32,000 nt of DNA, from assembly GCF_000011325.1 (NCBI RefSeq), contig NC_003450.3, positions 510,001-542,000 on the forward strand, given 5' to 3'. Made by a program: the position numbers and the translations under genes. A model generated the notes under the pieces. That model ran no database searches and was not told where the DNA came from. It worked only from the letters and a program-made list of their open reading frames with translations. This DNA comes from Corynebacterium glutamicum ATCC 13032. Its GTDB lineage: Bacteria; Actinomycetota; Actinomycetes; Mycobacteriales; Mycobacteriaceae. Of this stretch, positions 10,671 to 19,588 are shown in pieces (the first letter of the stretch is position 1; the number at the start of each line of letters is the position of its first letter).

Positions 10671-10853
10671 ATGTGGAAACTATCTATTGGCATCGCAGTT
10701 GGTGCCATCTTGTTCGGTTTAGGTCTGTGGGGAACCCACTTTGAAGACACCGTCATCTCGATCGCAGGATGGGTCGGAACGTTCGCGTCGTTTGCGGTGT
10801 GGTTCTGGGTCATTTGGTGGGCAGCGGTAGGAAATACAAAAAGCCCACTCTAA
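10671..10853 (+). CDS. Small (60 aa) two-helix membrane protein
   Basis: Two clear hydrophobic helices (IGIAVGAILFGLGLWG and WVGTFASFAVWFWVIWWAAV). The stop lies 11 nt before the start of the downstream regulator. There is no SD, but a possible leaderless promoter exists (TAGGCA 10635-10640, 17-nt spacer, TAGTTT 10658-10663). Coding status is not proven. Confidence 0.5.
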   Translation: MWKLSIGIAVGAILFGLGLWGTHFEDTVISIAGWVGTFASFAVWFWVIWWAAVGNTKSPL

Positions 10854-10864
10854 GATGGCAGGGT

Positions 10865-11647
10865 ATGGATGAGCTGCTCAAACAGGAAGTCAAGGATTTC
10901 CTCACCACCAGGCGTGCACGGATTACGCCGGCCGCTGCGGGACTAGAAACGCAGCCGTGGAGTGATCGTCGGGTGCCGGGGCTTCGGCGGGAAGAAGTCG
11001 CGGATCTGGCGGGCATTTCTTTGGAGTATTACATCCGGTTTGAGCGCGGAAATCTCAAGGGTGCATCGCCTGAAATATTGCAATCGTTGGCTAAGGCTCT
11101 CCAACTGAGCCCAATTGAGCGCGAACACCTTCACAATTTGGCTTATCGCGCCGACCATCCGCGCAACCTACCTAGTGCAGAGACCCCAACGGCACCCCTC
11201 CAGGACATCGTTGATGCGGTCACAGATAAACCGGCGTGGATCCGCAACGAGCAGATGGATATTTTGGCTACAAATCGGCTCTGCGCGGAACTTTACGCCC
11301 CGATTTTCAAGGATCTGCCCGATCGGCCCAACACTGCGCGGCATTGCTTTATCGGCGCAACAGCCTCCGAGTTCTGGGTGGACCGGGATCAGTTCAGTGC
11401 GGAGTTCGCTGCCAAACTACGCCTCGAGTACGCCCGGCGCCCCAGCGTGCCAGGTTTAAAGGAGCTTATCGACGAGCTCCATCAGAAAAGTTCTGTTTTC
11501 CGCGATAATTGGGCGTCTGCTGATGTTTTGTCATTCGGCTCTGGCATCAAACGTTTCAGGCACCCAACACTGGGGGAGCGGGTCTATGAATACGAGACGT
11601 TTAATCTCAATAGTGCACCGGGGTATGTGTTGAGCATTTACTTTTAG
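10865..11647 (+). CDS. MmyB-like helix-turn-helix (XRE-family) transcriptional regulator
   Basis: The ORF 10769-11647 is trimmed to ATG 10865. The N-terminus LKQEVKDFLTTRRARITPAAAGL...RRVPGLRREEVADLAGISLEYYIRFERGN is the characteristic MmyB-type HTH signature. It is followed by a ~170-aa C-terminal putative ligand-binding domain. Confidence 0.85.
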   Translation: MDELLKQEVKDFLTTRRARITPAAAGLETQPWSDRRVPGLRREEVADLAGISLEYYIRFERGNLKGASPEILQSLAKALQLSPIEREHLHNLAYRADHPRNLPSAETPTAPLQDIVDAVTDKPAWIRNEQMDILATNRLCAELYAPIFKDLPDRPNTARHCFIGATASEFWVDRDQFSAEFAAKLRLEYARRPSVPGLKELIDELHQKSSVFRDNWASADVLSFGSGIKRFRHPTLGERVYEYETFNLNSAPGYVLSIYF

Positions 11648-11675
11648 GTGGTGGAGGGGCGCGTCGACAAGCTTT

Positions 11676-12380
11676 TTAAATGTTTTTCTTGGTGACTACG
11701 CTGACTCCGCCCATGAACGCCAGGCCTTTGATGTGGACCGTGGGCGCGTTGCTTGGCAGGCGCGCGGGATTGAGTGCACCGGCCTTGTCCACAGACTGTT
11801 CGAAGCCGCCGAAAATGCCCATGCCATCACAAATGACAAAAACACCCTCGGGAACAATAATCTCGATGCCACCCATGAATGTGTAGGCGTTGATCTGAAT
11901 GCGGTCGCTTTCCAGGAAGGCGTCGCGCAAATCGATCTGATTGCCGCCCATCATGGCGAAGGATGTGTGAACATTAGGCACATGCCATCCACCTTTGCGC
12001 ACGGTGCCACCCATAAACGAGACCGACATTTTGGAGCCATTCGGGTTGCCGGTAATCCTGTTGCGGACAATATTTACAGGATCTGACACATTGGGCATCG
12101 CTGGGGGAGTGGTCTCGTAGGCCGCCGGCGCATAGGAGGCGCCGGGAAATTGCTGACCAAGCAGAGTGTAGGGATTGTCGTTCACATCAGAGATCAGCTC
12201 TACAAGAGTGTCTAAGTGGCGGGCATTCCATGCTTTGGAGGAGCGATCTTCAAATTCCTCCAAAGTGAGTTGACCTCGGGAAACAGCTGCAGAAAGTTCA
12301 TCCACGACTTGGTTTCGGTTAAGGTCAGTGGCGAGCTTCTTTGCTGGTTCGTTTCCTTGAGGAACAGTCATGGGAACCAT
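11676..12380 (-). CDS. DUF1707 (SHOCT-like) plus LiaF-C-like domain protein
   Basis: The N-terminal [48 protein letters not shown] matches the DUF1707 pattern. The C-terminal half carries repeated (F/M)MGG beta-strand motifs as in the LiaF/DUF2154 C-terminal domain. Start chosen at ATG 12380 (alternative 12371). The longer ORF to 12476 adds an implausible leader. Confidence 0.8.
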   Translation of the reverse strand: MVPMTVPQGNEPAKKLATDLNRNQVVDELSAAVSRGQLTLEEFEDRSSKAWNARHLDTLVELISDVNDNPYTLLGQQFPGASYAPAAYETTPPAMPNVSDPVNIVRNRITGNPNGSKMSVSFMGGTVRKGGWHVPNVHTSFAMMGGNQIDLRDAFLESDRIQINAYTFMGGIEIIVPEGVFVICDGMGIFGGFEQSVDKAGALNPARLPSNAPTVHIKGLAFMGGVSVVTKKNI

Positions 12381-12693
12381 TCTAACAAGGGATTTGGTGT
12401 TTTCTGCGGCTAGCTGATAATGTGAACGGCTGAGTCCCACTCTTGTAGTTGGGAATTGACGGCACCTCGCACTCAAGCGCGGTATCGCCCCTGGTTTTCC
12501 GGGACGCGGTGGCGCATGTTTGCATTTGATGAGGTTGTCCGTGACATGTTTGGTCGGGCCCCAAAAAGAGCCCCCTTTTTTGCGTGTCTGGACACTTTTT
12601 CAAATCCTTCGCCATCGACAAGCTCAGCCTTCGTGTTCGTCCCCCGGGCGTCACGTCAGCAGTTAAAGAACAACTCCGAAATAAGGATGGTTC

Positions 12694-13062
12694 ATGCCAA
12701 CTATTCAGCAGCTGGTCCGTAAGGGCCGCCACGATAAGTCCGCCAAGGTGGCTACCGCGGCACTGAAGGGTTCCCCTCAGCGTCGTGGCGTATGCACCCG
12801 TGTGTACACCACCACCCCTAAGAAGCCTAACTCTGCTCTTCGTAAGGTCGCTCGTGTGCGCCTTACCTCCGGCATCGAGGTTTCCGCTTACATCCCTGGT
12901 GAGGGCCACAACCTGCAGGAGCACTCCATGGTGCTCGTTCGCGGTGGTCGTGTTAAGGACCTCCCAGGTGTCCGTTACAAGATCGTCCGTGGCGCACTGG
13001 ATACCCAGGGTGTTAAGGACCGCAAGCAGGCTCGTTCCCGCTACGGCGCGAAGAGGGGATAA
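12694..13062 (+). CDS. rpsL: 30S ribosomal protein S12
   Basis: [15 protein letters not shown]...[19 protein letters not shown]... is canonical S12. AAGGATGG SD. Confidence 0.98.
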   Translation: MPTIQQLVRKGRHDKSAKVATAALKGSPQRRGVCTRVYTTTPKKPNSALRKVARVRLTSGIEVSAYIPGEGHNLQEHSMVLVRGGRVKDLPGVRYKIVRGALDTQGVKDRKQARSRYGAKRG

Positions 13063-13068
13063 TTAAAA

Positions 13069-13536
13069 ATGCGTAAATCAGCAGCTCCTAAGCGTCCAGT
13101 AGTTCAGGACCCTGTATACAAGTCCGAGCTCGTTACCCAGCTCGTAAACAAGATCCTCATCGGTGGCAAGAAGTCCACCGCAGAGCGCATCGTCTACGGT
13201 GCACTCGAGATCTGCCGTGAGAAGACCGGCACCGATCCAGTAGGAACCCTCGAGAAGGCTCTCGGCAACGTGCGTCCAGACCTCGAAGTTCGTTCCCGCC
13301 GTGTTGGTGGCGCTACCTACCAGGTGCCAGTGGATGTTCGCCCAGAGCGCGCAAACACCCTCGCACTGCGTTGGTTGGTAACCTTCACCCGTCAGCGTCG
13401 TGAGAACACCATGATCGAGCGTCTTGCAAACGAACTTCTGGATGCAGCCAACGGCCTTGGCGCTTCCGTGAAGCGTCGCGAAGACACCCACAAGATGGCA
13501 GAGGCCAACCGCGCCTTCGCTCACTACCGCTGGTAG
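13069..13536 (+). CDS. rpsG: 30S ribosomal protein S7
   Basis: 155 aa, canonical S7 (...[26 protein letters not shown]...). Starts 6 nt after rpsL. Confidence 0.98.
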   Translation: MRKSAAPKRPVVQDPVYKSELVTQLVNKILIGGKKSTAERIVYGALEICREKTGTDPVGTLEKALGNVRPDLEVRSRRVGGATYQVPVDVRPERANTLALRWLVTFTRQRRENTMIERLANELLDAANGLGASVKRREDTHKMAEANRAFAHYRW

Positions 13537-13883
13537 TACTGCCAAGACATGAAAGCCCAATCACCTTTAAGATCAACGCCTGCCGGCGCCCTTCACATTT
13601 GAATAAGCTGGCAGCCTGCGTTTCTTCAAGGCGACTGGGCTTTTAGTCTCATTAATGCAGTTCACCGCTGTAAGATAGCTAAATAGAAACACTGTTTCGG
13701 CAGTGTGTTACTAAAAAATCCATGTCACTTGCCTCGAGCGTGCTGCTTGAATCGCAAGTTAGTGGCAAAATGTAACAAGAGAATTATCCGTAGGTGACAA
13801 ACTTTTTAATACTTGGGTATCTGTCATGGATACCCCGGTAATAAATAAGTGAATTACCGTAACCAACAAGTTGGGGTACCACT

Positions 13884-16013
13884 GTGGCACAAGAAGTGCT
13901 TAAGGATCTAAACAAGGTCCGCAACATCGGCATCATGGCGCACATCGATGCTGGTAAGACCACGACCACCGAACGCATCCTCTTCTACACCGGCATCAAC
14001 CGTAAGGTCGGTGAGACCCACGACGGTGGCGCAACCACCGACTGGATGGAGCAGGAGAAGGAACGCGGCATCACCATTACCTCCGCCGCGGTTACCTGTT
14101 TCTGGGATAACAACCAGGTCAACATCATTGACACCCCTGGCCACGTTGACTTCACCGTTGAGGTTGAGCGTTCCCTCCGCGTGCTTGACGGCGCAGTTGC
14201 TGTGTTCGACGGCAAGGAAGGCGTTGAGCCACAGTCTGAGCAGGTTTGGCGTCAGGCTACCAAGTACGACGTTCCACGTATCTGCTTCGTGAACAAGATG
14301 GACAAGCTCGGTGCTGACTTCTACTTCACCGTTGGCACCATCGAGGACCGCCTGGGTGCAAAGCCATTGGTTATGCAGCTCCCAATCGGTGCTGAGGACA
14401 ACTTCGACGGCGTCATCGACCTTCTTGAAATGAAGGCACTGACCTGGCGTGGAGTTACCCCAATTGGTACCGAAGCTACCGTTGAGGAGATCCCAGCAGA
14501 GCTCGCAGACCGCGCAGCTGAGTACCGTGAGAAGCTTCTCGAGACCGTTGCAGAGTCCGACGAAGAGCTCATGGAGAAGTACTTCGGTGGCGAAGAGCTC
14601 AGCATCGCTGAGATCAAGGCAGCTATCCGTAAGATGGTTGTTAACTCTGAGATCTACCCTGTTTACTGTGGCACCGCCTACAAGAACAAGGGCATCCAGC
14701 CACTGCTCGACGCAGTCGTTGACTTCCTGCCTTCCCCACTGGATCTCGGCGAGACCAAGGGCACTGACGTTAAGGATCCTGAGAAGGTTCTGACCCGTAA
14801 GCCTTCCGACGAAGAGCCACTGTCTGCACTTGCATTCAAGATTGCAGCTCACCCATTCTTCGGTAAGCTGACCTTCGTTCGTCTGTACTCCGGCAAGGTT
14901 GAGCCAGGCGAGCAGGTTCTTAACTCCACCAAGAACAAGAAGGAACGCATTGGTAAGCTGTTCCAGATGCACGCCAACAAGGAAAACCCTGTTGAGGTTG
15001 CACACGCTGGTAACATCTACGCGTTCATCGGCCTGAAGGACACCACCACCGGTGACACCCTCTGTGACGCAAACGCTCCAATCATTCTTGAGTCCATGGA
15101 CTTCCCGGATCCAGTTATCCAGGTTGCTATTGAGCCTAAGACCAAGTCTGACCAGGAGAAGCTCGGCGTAGCTATCCAGAAGCTTGCTGAAGAAGACCCA
15201 ACCTTCACCGTTCACTTGGACGATGAGTCCGGCCAGACCGTCATTGGCGGCATGGGCGAGCTGCACCTCGATGTTCTTGTTGACCGCATGAAGCGCGAGT
15301 TCAAGGTTGAGGCAAACATCGGTGACCCACAGGTTGCTTACCGTGAGACCATCCGTAAGCCTGTTGAGTCCCTCAGCTACACCCACAAGAAGCAGACTGG
15401 TGGTTCCGGTCAGTTCGCTAAGGTCATCATCACCATTGAGCCTTACGCACCTGAGGCAGACGAGCTTGAAGAGGGCGAGTCCGCAATCTACAAGTTCGAG
15501 AACGCTGTCACCGGTGGTCGTGTTCCACGTGAATACATCCCATCCGTTGACGCTGGTATCCAGGACGCAATGCAGTACGGCTTCCTGGCTGGCTACCCAC
15601 TGGTTAACGTCAAGGCAACCCTTGAAGATGGCGCTTACCACGACGTTGACTCCTCTGAAATGGCCTTCAAGCTCGCCGGTTCCCAGGCGTTCAAGGAAGC
15701 TGTTGCAAAGGCAAAGCCAGTCCTCCTCGAGCCAATCATGTCCGTTGAAATCACCACTCCTGAGGAGTACATGGGTGAAGTCATCGGTGACGTGAACTCC
15801 CGCCGTGGCCAGATCGCTTCCATGGATGACCGTGCAGGCGCCAAGCTGGTTAAGGCTAAGGTTCCACTGTCTCAGATGTTCGGTTACGTCGGTGACCTTC
15901 GCTCTAAGACCCAGGGTCGTGCAAACTACTCCATGGTCTTCGATTCCTACGCTGAGGTCCCAGCCAACGTTGCCGCAGATGTTATTGCTGAGCGCAACGG
16001 CACCGCTTCCTAA
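13884..16013 (+). CDS. fusA: Elongation factor G
   Basis: 709 aa with GTG start. G-domain motifs [17 protein letters not shown] and NKMD are present. Confidence 0.98.
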   Translation: MAQEVLKDLNKVRNIGIMAHIDAGKTTTTERILFYTGINRKVGETHDGGATTDWMEQEKERGITITSAAVTCFWDNNQVNIIDTPGHVDFTVEVERSLRVLDGAVAVFDGKEGVEPQSEQVWRQATKYDVPRICFVNKMDKLGADFYFTVGTIEDRLGAKPLVMQLPIGAEDNFDGVIDLLEMKALTWRGVTPIGTEATVEEIPAELADRAAEYREKLLETVAESDEELMEKYFGGEELSIAEIKAAIRKMVVNSEIYPVYCGTAYKNKGIQPLLDAVVDFLPSPLDLGETKGTDVKDPEKVLTRKPSDEEPLSALAFKIAAHPFFGKLTFVRLYSGKVEPGEQVLNSTKNKKERIGKLFQMHANKENPVEVAHAGNIYAFIGLKDTTTGDTLCDANAPIILESMDFPDPVIQVAIEPKTKSDQEKLGVAIQKLAEEDPTFTVHLDDESGQTVIGGMGELHLDVLVDRMKREFKVEANIGDPQVAYRETIRKPVESLSYTHKKQTGGSGQFAKVIITIEPYAPEADELEEGESAIYKFENAVTGGRVPREYIPSVDAGIQDAMQYGFLAGYPLVNVKATLEDGAYHDVDSSEMAFKLAGSQAFKEAVAKAKPVLLEPIMSVEITTPEEYMGEVIGDVNSRRGQIASMDDRAGAKLVKAKVPLSQMFGYVGDLRSKTQGRANYSMVFDSYAEVPANVAADVIAERNGTAS

Positions 16014-16037
16014 AGATCGTTTAGATCCGAAGGAAAA

Positions 16038-16064
16038 CGTCGAAAAGCAATTTGCTTTTCGACG
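16038..16064 (+). terminator. Near-perfect hairpin after fusA (terminator-like, no U-tract on + strand)
   Basis: CGTCGAAAAGCA...TGCTTTTCGACG forms a 12-13 bp stem 25 nt after the fusA stop. An A-run lies 5' (GGAAAA). A related copy sits at 22513-22536. Confidence 0.5.
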
Positions 16065-16173
16065 CCCCACCCCGCGCGTTTTAGCGTGTCAGTAGGCGCG
16101 TAGGGTAAGTGGGGTAGCGGCTTGTTAGATATCTTGAAATCGGCTTTCAACAGCATTGATTTCGATGTATTTA

Positions 16174-16375
16174 GCTGGCCGTTACCCTGCGAATGTCCAC
16201 AGGGTAGCTGGTAGTTTGAAAATCAACGCCGTTGCCCTTAGGATTCAGTAACTGGCACATTTTGTAATGCGCTAGATCTGTGTGCTCAGTCTTCCAGGCT
16301 GCTTATCACAGTGAAAGCAAAACCAATTCGTGGCTGCGAAAGTCGTAGCCACCACGAAGTCCAGGAGGACATACA
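16174..16375 (+). promoter_or_regulatory. tuf promoter and 5' UTR region
   Basis: This ~200 nt upstream of tuf (TGGCCGTTACCCTGCGAATGTCCACAGGGTAGCTGG...CCAGGAGGACATAC) matches, from memory, the strong constitutive Ptuf fragment used in C. glutamicum engineering. The candidate -10 is TGTAAT at 16263-16268 and the SD is AGGAGGA at 16363-16369. The exact TSS is not determinable here. Confidence 0.6.
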
Positions 16376-17566
16376 GTGGCAAAGGCGAAGTTCGAGCGTA
16401 CCAAGCCCCACGTAAACATCGGCACCATCGGTCACGTTGACCACGGTAAGACCACCACCACCGCGGCTATCACCAAGGTTCTGGCTGACACTTACCCTGA
16501 GCTCAACGAGGCTTTCGCCTTCGACTCCATCGATAAGGCTCCTGAGGAGAAGGAGCGTGGCATCACGATCAACATCTCCCACGTTGAGTACCAGACTGAA
16601 AAGCGCCACTACGCACACGTTGACGCTCCAGGCCACGCCGACTACATCAAGAACATGATTACCGGCGCTGCTCAGATGGACGGCGCAATCCTCGTTGTTG
16701 CTGCTACCGACGGCCCAATGCCTCAGACCCGTGAGCACGTTCTTCTTGCTCGCCAGGTTGGCGTTCCTTACATCCTCGTTGCTCTTAACAAGTGCGACAT
16801 GGTTGAGGATGAGGAAATCATCGAGCTCGTCGAGATGGAAGTTCGTGAACTTCTTGCTGAGCAGGACTACGACGAAGAGGCTCCAATTGTTCACATCTCC
16901 GCTCTGAAGGCTCTTGAGGGCGACGAGAAGTGGGGCAAGCAGATCCTTGAGCTCATGCAGGCTTGCGATGACAACATCCCTGACCCAGTTCGTGAGACCG
17001 ACAAGCCATTCCTCATGCCTATCGAGGACATCTTCACCATCACCGGTCGTGGCACCGTTGTTACCGGTCGTGTTGAGCGCGGTACCCTGAACGTGAACGA
17101 TGATGTTGACATCATCGGCATCAAGGAGAAGTCCACCTCCACCACCGTTACCGGTATCGAGATGTTCCGTAAGCTTCTTGACTCCGCTGAGGCTGGCGAC
17201 AACTGTGGTCTGCTTCTCCGTGGTATCAAGCGCGAAGATGTTGAGCGTGGCCAGGTTATCGTTAAGCCAGGCGCTTACACCCCTCACACCGAGTTCGAGG
17301 GCTCTGTCTACGTTCTGTCCAAGGATGAAGGTGGCCGCCACACCCCATTCTTCGACAACTACCGTCCTCAGTTCTACTTCCGCACCACCGACGTTACCGG
17401 TGTTGTGAAGCTTCCAGAGGGCACCGAGATGGTCATGCCTGGCGACAACGTCGACATGTCCGTCACCCTGATCCAGCCTGTCGCTATGGACGAGGGCCTG
17501 CGTTTCGCTATCCGCGAAGGCTCCCGCACCGTTGGCGCTGGTCGTGTCACCAAGATCATCAAGTAA
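16376..17566 (+). CDS. tuf: Elongation factor Tu
   Basis: 396 aa with GTG start. Contains [17 protein letters not shown] and NKCD motifs. Confidence 0.98.
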   Translation: MAKAKFERTKPHVNIGTIGHVDHGKTTTTAAITKVLADTYPELNEAFAFDSIDKAPEEKERGITINISHVEYQTEKRHYAHVDAPGHADYIKNMITGAAQMDGAILVVAATDGPMPQTREHVLLARQVGVPYILVALNKCDMVEDEEIIELVEMEVRELLAEQDYDEEAPIVHISALKALEGDEKWGKQILELMQACDDNIPDPVRETDKPFLMPIEDIFTITGRGTVVTGRVERGTLNVNDDVDIIGIKEKSTSTTVTGIEMFRKLLDSAEAGDNCGLLLRGIKREDVERGQVIVKPGAYTPHTEFEGSVYVLSKDEGGRHTPFFDNYRPQFYFRTTDVTGVVKLPEGTEMVMPGDNVDMSVTLIQPVAMDEGLRFAIREGSRTVGAGRVTKIIK

Positions 17567-17610
17567 TTTGATGCTCTAACTGTTGAGGTCTTTTAGACTT
17601 TGACTAACTG

Positions 17611-17656
17611 ACAGCGATCCCAGAGGAAATATCCTCTGGGGTCGCTGTTTTGTCGT
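17611..17656 (+). terminator. Intrinsic terminator of tuf
   Basis: 17-bp stem ACAGCGATCCCAGAGGA (17611-17627) with TCCTCTGGGGTCGCTGT (17632-17648), one G-U pair and loop AATA, followed by TTTTGTCGTTTC. Confidence 0.85.
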
Positions 17657-17985
17657 TTCTAGGGTTGGTTTCGGAGTTGGTTTGTCTAGTCGGCGTCTTA
17701 GGTTCGATTTCACGGTTTCGGTACCTTGCGCTCAATTTGTTAGGGGCGATCTCAGTCATTTTTTGGTGGTCTTCCTAGTGGTCTTGAGATTAAGAAGGGG
17801 GACCTCCTCCGAGATATGACTGTATAAGTTCTACAGTTCGACTTCGCGTATGCTGACATCTCATGCTCAACTTCTCATCCCACGACTTCACTAGGAAATC
17901 CTGACATCGCCGACTGAAGTCGACCACGTGAAGTTGAGCGTGGGAACTCGTGTGATGAGAAGTCGCCCTTAGGAAATCGACTTCT
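17651..17985. repeat. Dispersed structured repeat, copy B (full length)
   Basis: Homologous to 1041-1414 with the same module order and the same GACTTC/GAAGTC phasing. It lacks the copy A insertions and has one extra reverse unit. Confidence 0.8.
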
Positions 17986-18039
17986 ACCAAACCACCTCCG
18001 AATCTGCATCCCATCACTCCGGAACTACAATCAGGAGTT

Positions 18040-18771
18040 ATGAAAGATCCATCTAGAATTCCCCCAGTTGTGGCTCAGTTACAGAAAGTGTGGGAGGCTC
18101 AGCCAGATTTAGCGTTGCCGACACTTTTGGGGATTTTGGGTAACCGTGGCATTGGGTGGGGAAGTACTGATGAGGATCTGGTCGAGGCGCTAAACACGAT
18201 GTATACGGAGAACCCGGGCGAGATTCGTGGGGGTTCTAGACTTGCAGATCCTCAAAGGGAAGTTCCGGGGCGTTTTCTTGTGGAGACTGAATCTCCGGCT
18301 TATCGGATTACAGTGGATCCGTTTCGGATCAGTGTACGGAGAATCGCCAAGGGTCCGCACCGACCTTTGCAACCTGGGGTGTGGGAGTTTCAGGAGATTC
18401 GTCGGTGTCGGTCAGGTGAGCCTTTGTTGATTACTGATGTGGAGGGCATTGATCATCGGCTGGGTGTGGTTGTTCGGATTACGCTGCTGAATGATTCTCC
18501 TGCTCCAACGACGAAAAGCCTAGACAAGGTCCGACGCCGTGAAGTGGGGGACAAGGTGTTTTACTTGCACTTTGAGAGCGGGGATACTGCTTTGTTGAAT
18601 CATGGTTTAGAGATCTACCAGGCGTCTAGGCGCACCTTGGAGCAGCACAGTGTGAAATGGGATCAACTCATTACTGCTACTCCGGGACAACTTTTGAAGC
18701 TGAAGGAAACCGGCAGTGGGAAAATCCTTGAGCTTGGGGTGTTAGAGAAGATCATTCCGTTGGAGGGGTAG
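18040..18771 (+). CDS. Hypothetical protein, 243 aa, no domain recognised
   Basis: Clean ORF with ATG start preceded by AGGAG (18032-18036 region, CAATCAGGAGTTATG). No TM segment or signal peptide seen. I recognise no family. Confidence 0.7.
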   Translation: MKDPSRIPPVVAQLQKVWEAQPDLALPTLLGILGNRGIGWGSTDEDLVEALNTMYTENPGEIRGGSRLADPQREVPGRFLVETESPAYRITVDPFRISVRRIAKGPHRPLQPGVWEFQEIRRCRSGEPLLITDVEGIDHRLGVVVRITLLNDSPAPTTKSLDKVRRREVGDKVFYLHFESGDTALLNHGLEIYQASRRTLEQHSVKWDQLITATPGQLLKLKETGSGKILELGVLEKIIPLEG

Positions 18772-18775
18772 CTAC

Positions 18776-19570
18776 TTAAGCTCCTGCGCGAGACCGACTG
18801 AGGGGAACGACGGTGGGGGTTCCTGTGACGGGGTCTGGGGAGATGATGCAGGGCAGGCCAAAAACTCCTTGAACCATCTCGGCAGTTAAGACTTCCTCCG
18901 GTGTGCCCGTGGCATGTACGTGCCCATCTTTCATCACGATGAGGTGGTCGGCGTAGCGGGCGGCTTGGTTGAGATCGTGAAGCACAGTGACCACAGTTTT
19001 CCCGGCCTCGTTGAATGCGCGCAGCAATTCCAAGAGTTCGTATTGGTGGGCGATGTCGAGGAAGGTGGTGGGCTCGTCGAGAAGCATGATCGGTGTTTGC
19101 TGGGCGAGCAACATGGCCACCCACACTCGTTGGCGCTGGCCACCGGAGAGTTCATCGACGAGGCGAGCTGCAAGTTCGGTGAGATTCGTGGAGGCGAGCG
19201 CTTGCGCGACGGCGTCTTCGTCGGAGGTGCGCCATTGTTGTATGAGGCTTTGGTAGGGAGCGCGCCCGCGCGCGATGAGATCGTAAACCCGGATGCCTTC
19301 TGGGGCGATGGAGGTCTGTGGCAGCAGGCCTAGTTCTCGGGCGATCTCTTTAGGCTTGAATGAATCGAGTTGCCGACCGTCGAGAAGCACTTTGCCGTGC
19401 TGCGGATTGAGCACGCGGGAGAAACCGCGGAGCAGGGTGGATTTGCCGCAGCCGTTGGGGCCGATGATGGCGGTGAAGGTGTTGTCGGGGATGGTGACGT
19501 TGAGGTGTTCGGCGATGACGCGGTTGTCATACGCCATGGTGACGTCTTCCATGGTCAGGCGGTTATTCAT
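18776..19570 (-). CDS. ABC transporter ATP-binding protein, iron-siderophore (FepC/FhuC) type
   Basis: Walker A GPNGCGKST, signature LSGGQRQR and Walker B MLLDEPTTFLD. 264 aa, the size and sequence style of FepC-like ATPases. Confidence 0.93.
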   Translation of the reverse strand: MNNRLTMEDVTMAYDNRVIAEHLNVTIPDNTFTAIIGPNGCGKSTLLRGFSRVLNPQHGKVLLDGRQLDSFKPKEIARELGLLPQTSIAPEGIRVYDLIARGRAPYQSLIQQWRTSDEDAVAQALASTNLTELAARLVDELSGGQRQRVWVAMLLAQQTPIMLLDEPTTFLDIAHQYELLELLRAFNEAGKTVVTVLHDLNQAARYADHLIVMKDGHVHATGTPEEVLTAEMVQGVFGLPCIISPDPVTGTPTVVPLSRSRAGA

Positions 19571-19588
19571 GAGGGATCCTTAAAAGAA

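Noticed and set aside
12555-12581. GGGC...GCCC followed by TTTTTT upstream of rpsL as a terminator
   Set aside because: The stem is only about 4 bp with a 10-nt loop, too weak to call. No + strand gene ends upstream of it.
12382-12924. 180-aa minus-strand ORF covering the rpsL start and upstream region
   Set aside because: It runs antisense through rpsL and the intergenic region. It has no start context and no recognisable sequence.
13908-16070. 720-aa ORF on the minus strand spanning all of fusA
   Set aside because: It is the mirror frame of a strongly codon-biased, GC-rich gene in which stop codons are rare. The translation is low-complexity with no motifs, while the + strand encodes an unmistakable EF-G.
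16286-17341. 351-aa minus-strand ORF opposite tuf
   Set aside because: Antisense shadow of tuf that extends into the tuf 5' UTR without any start context.
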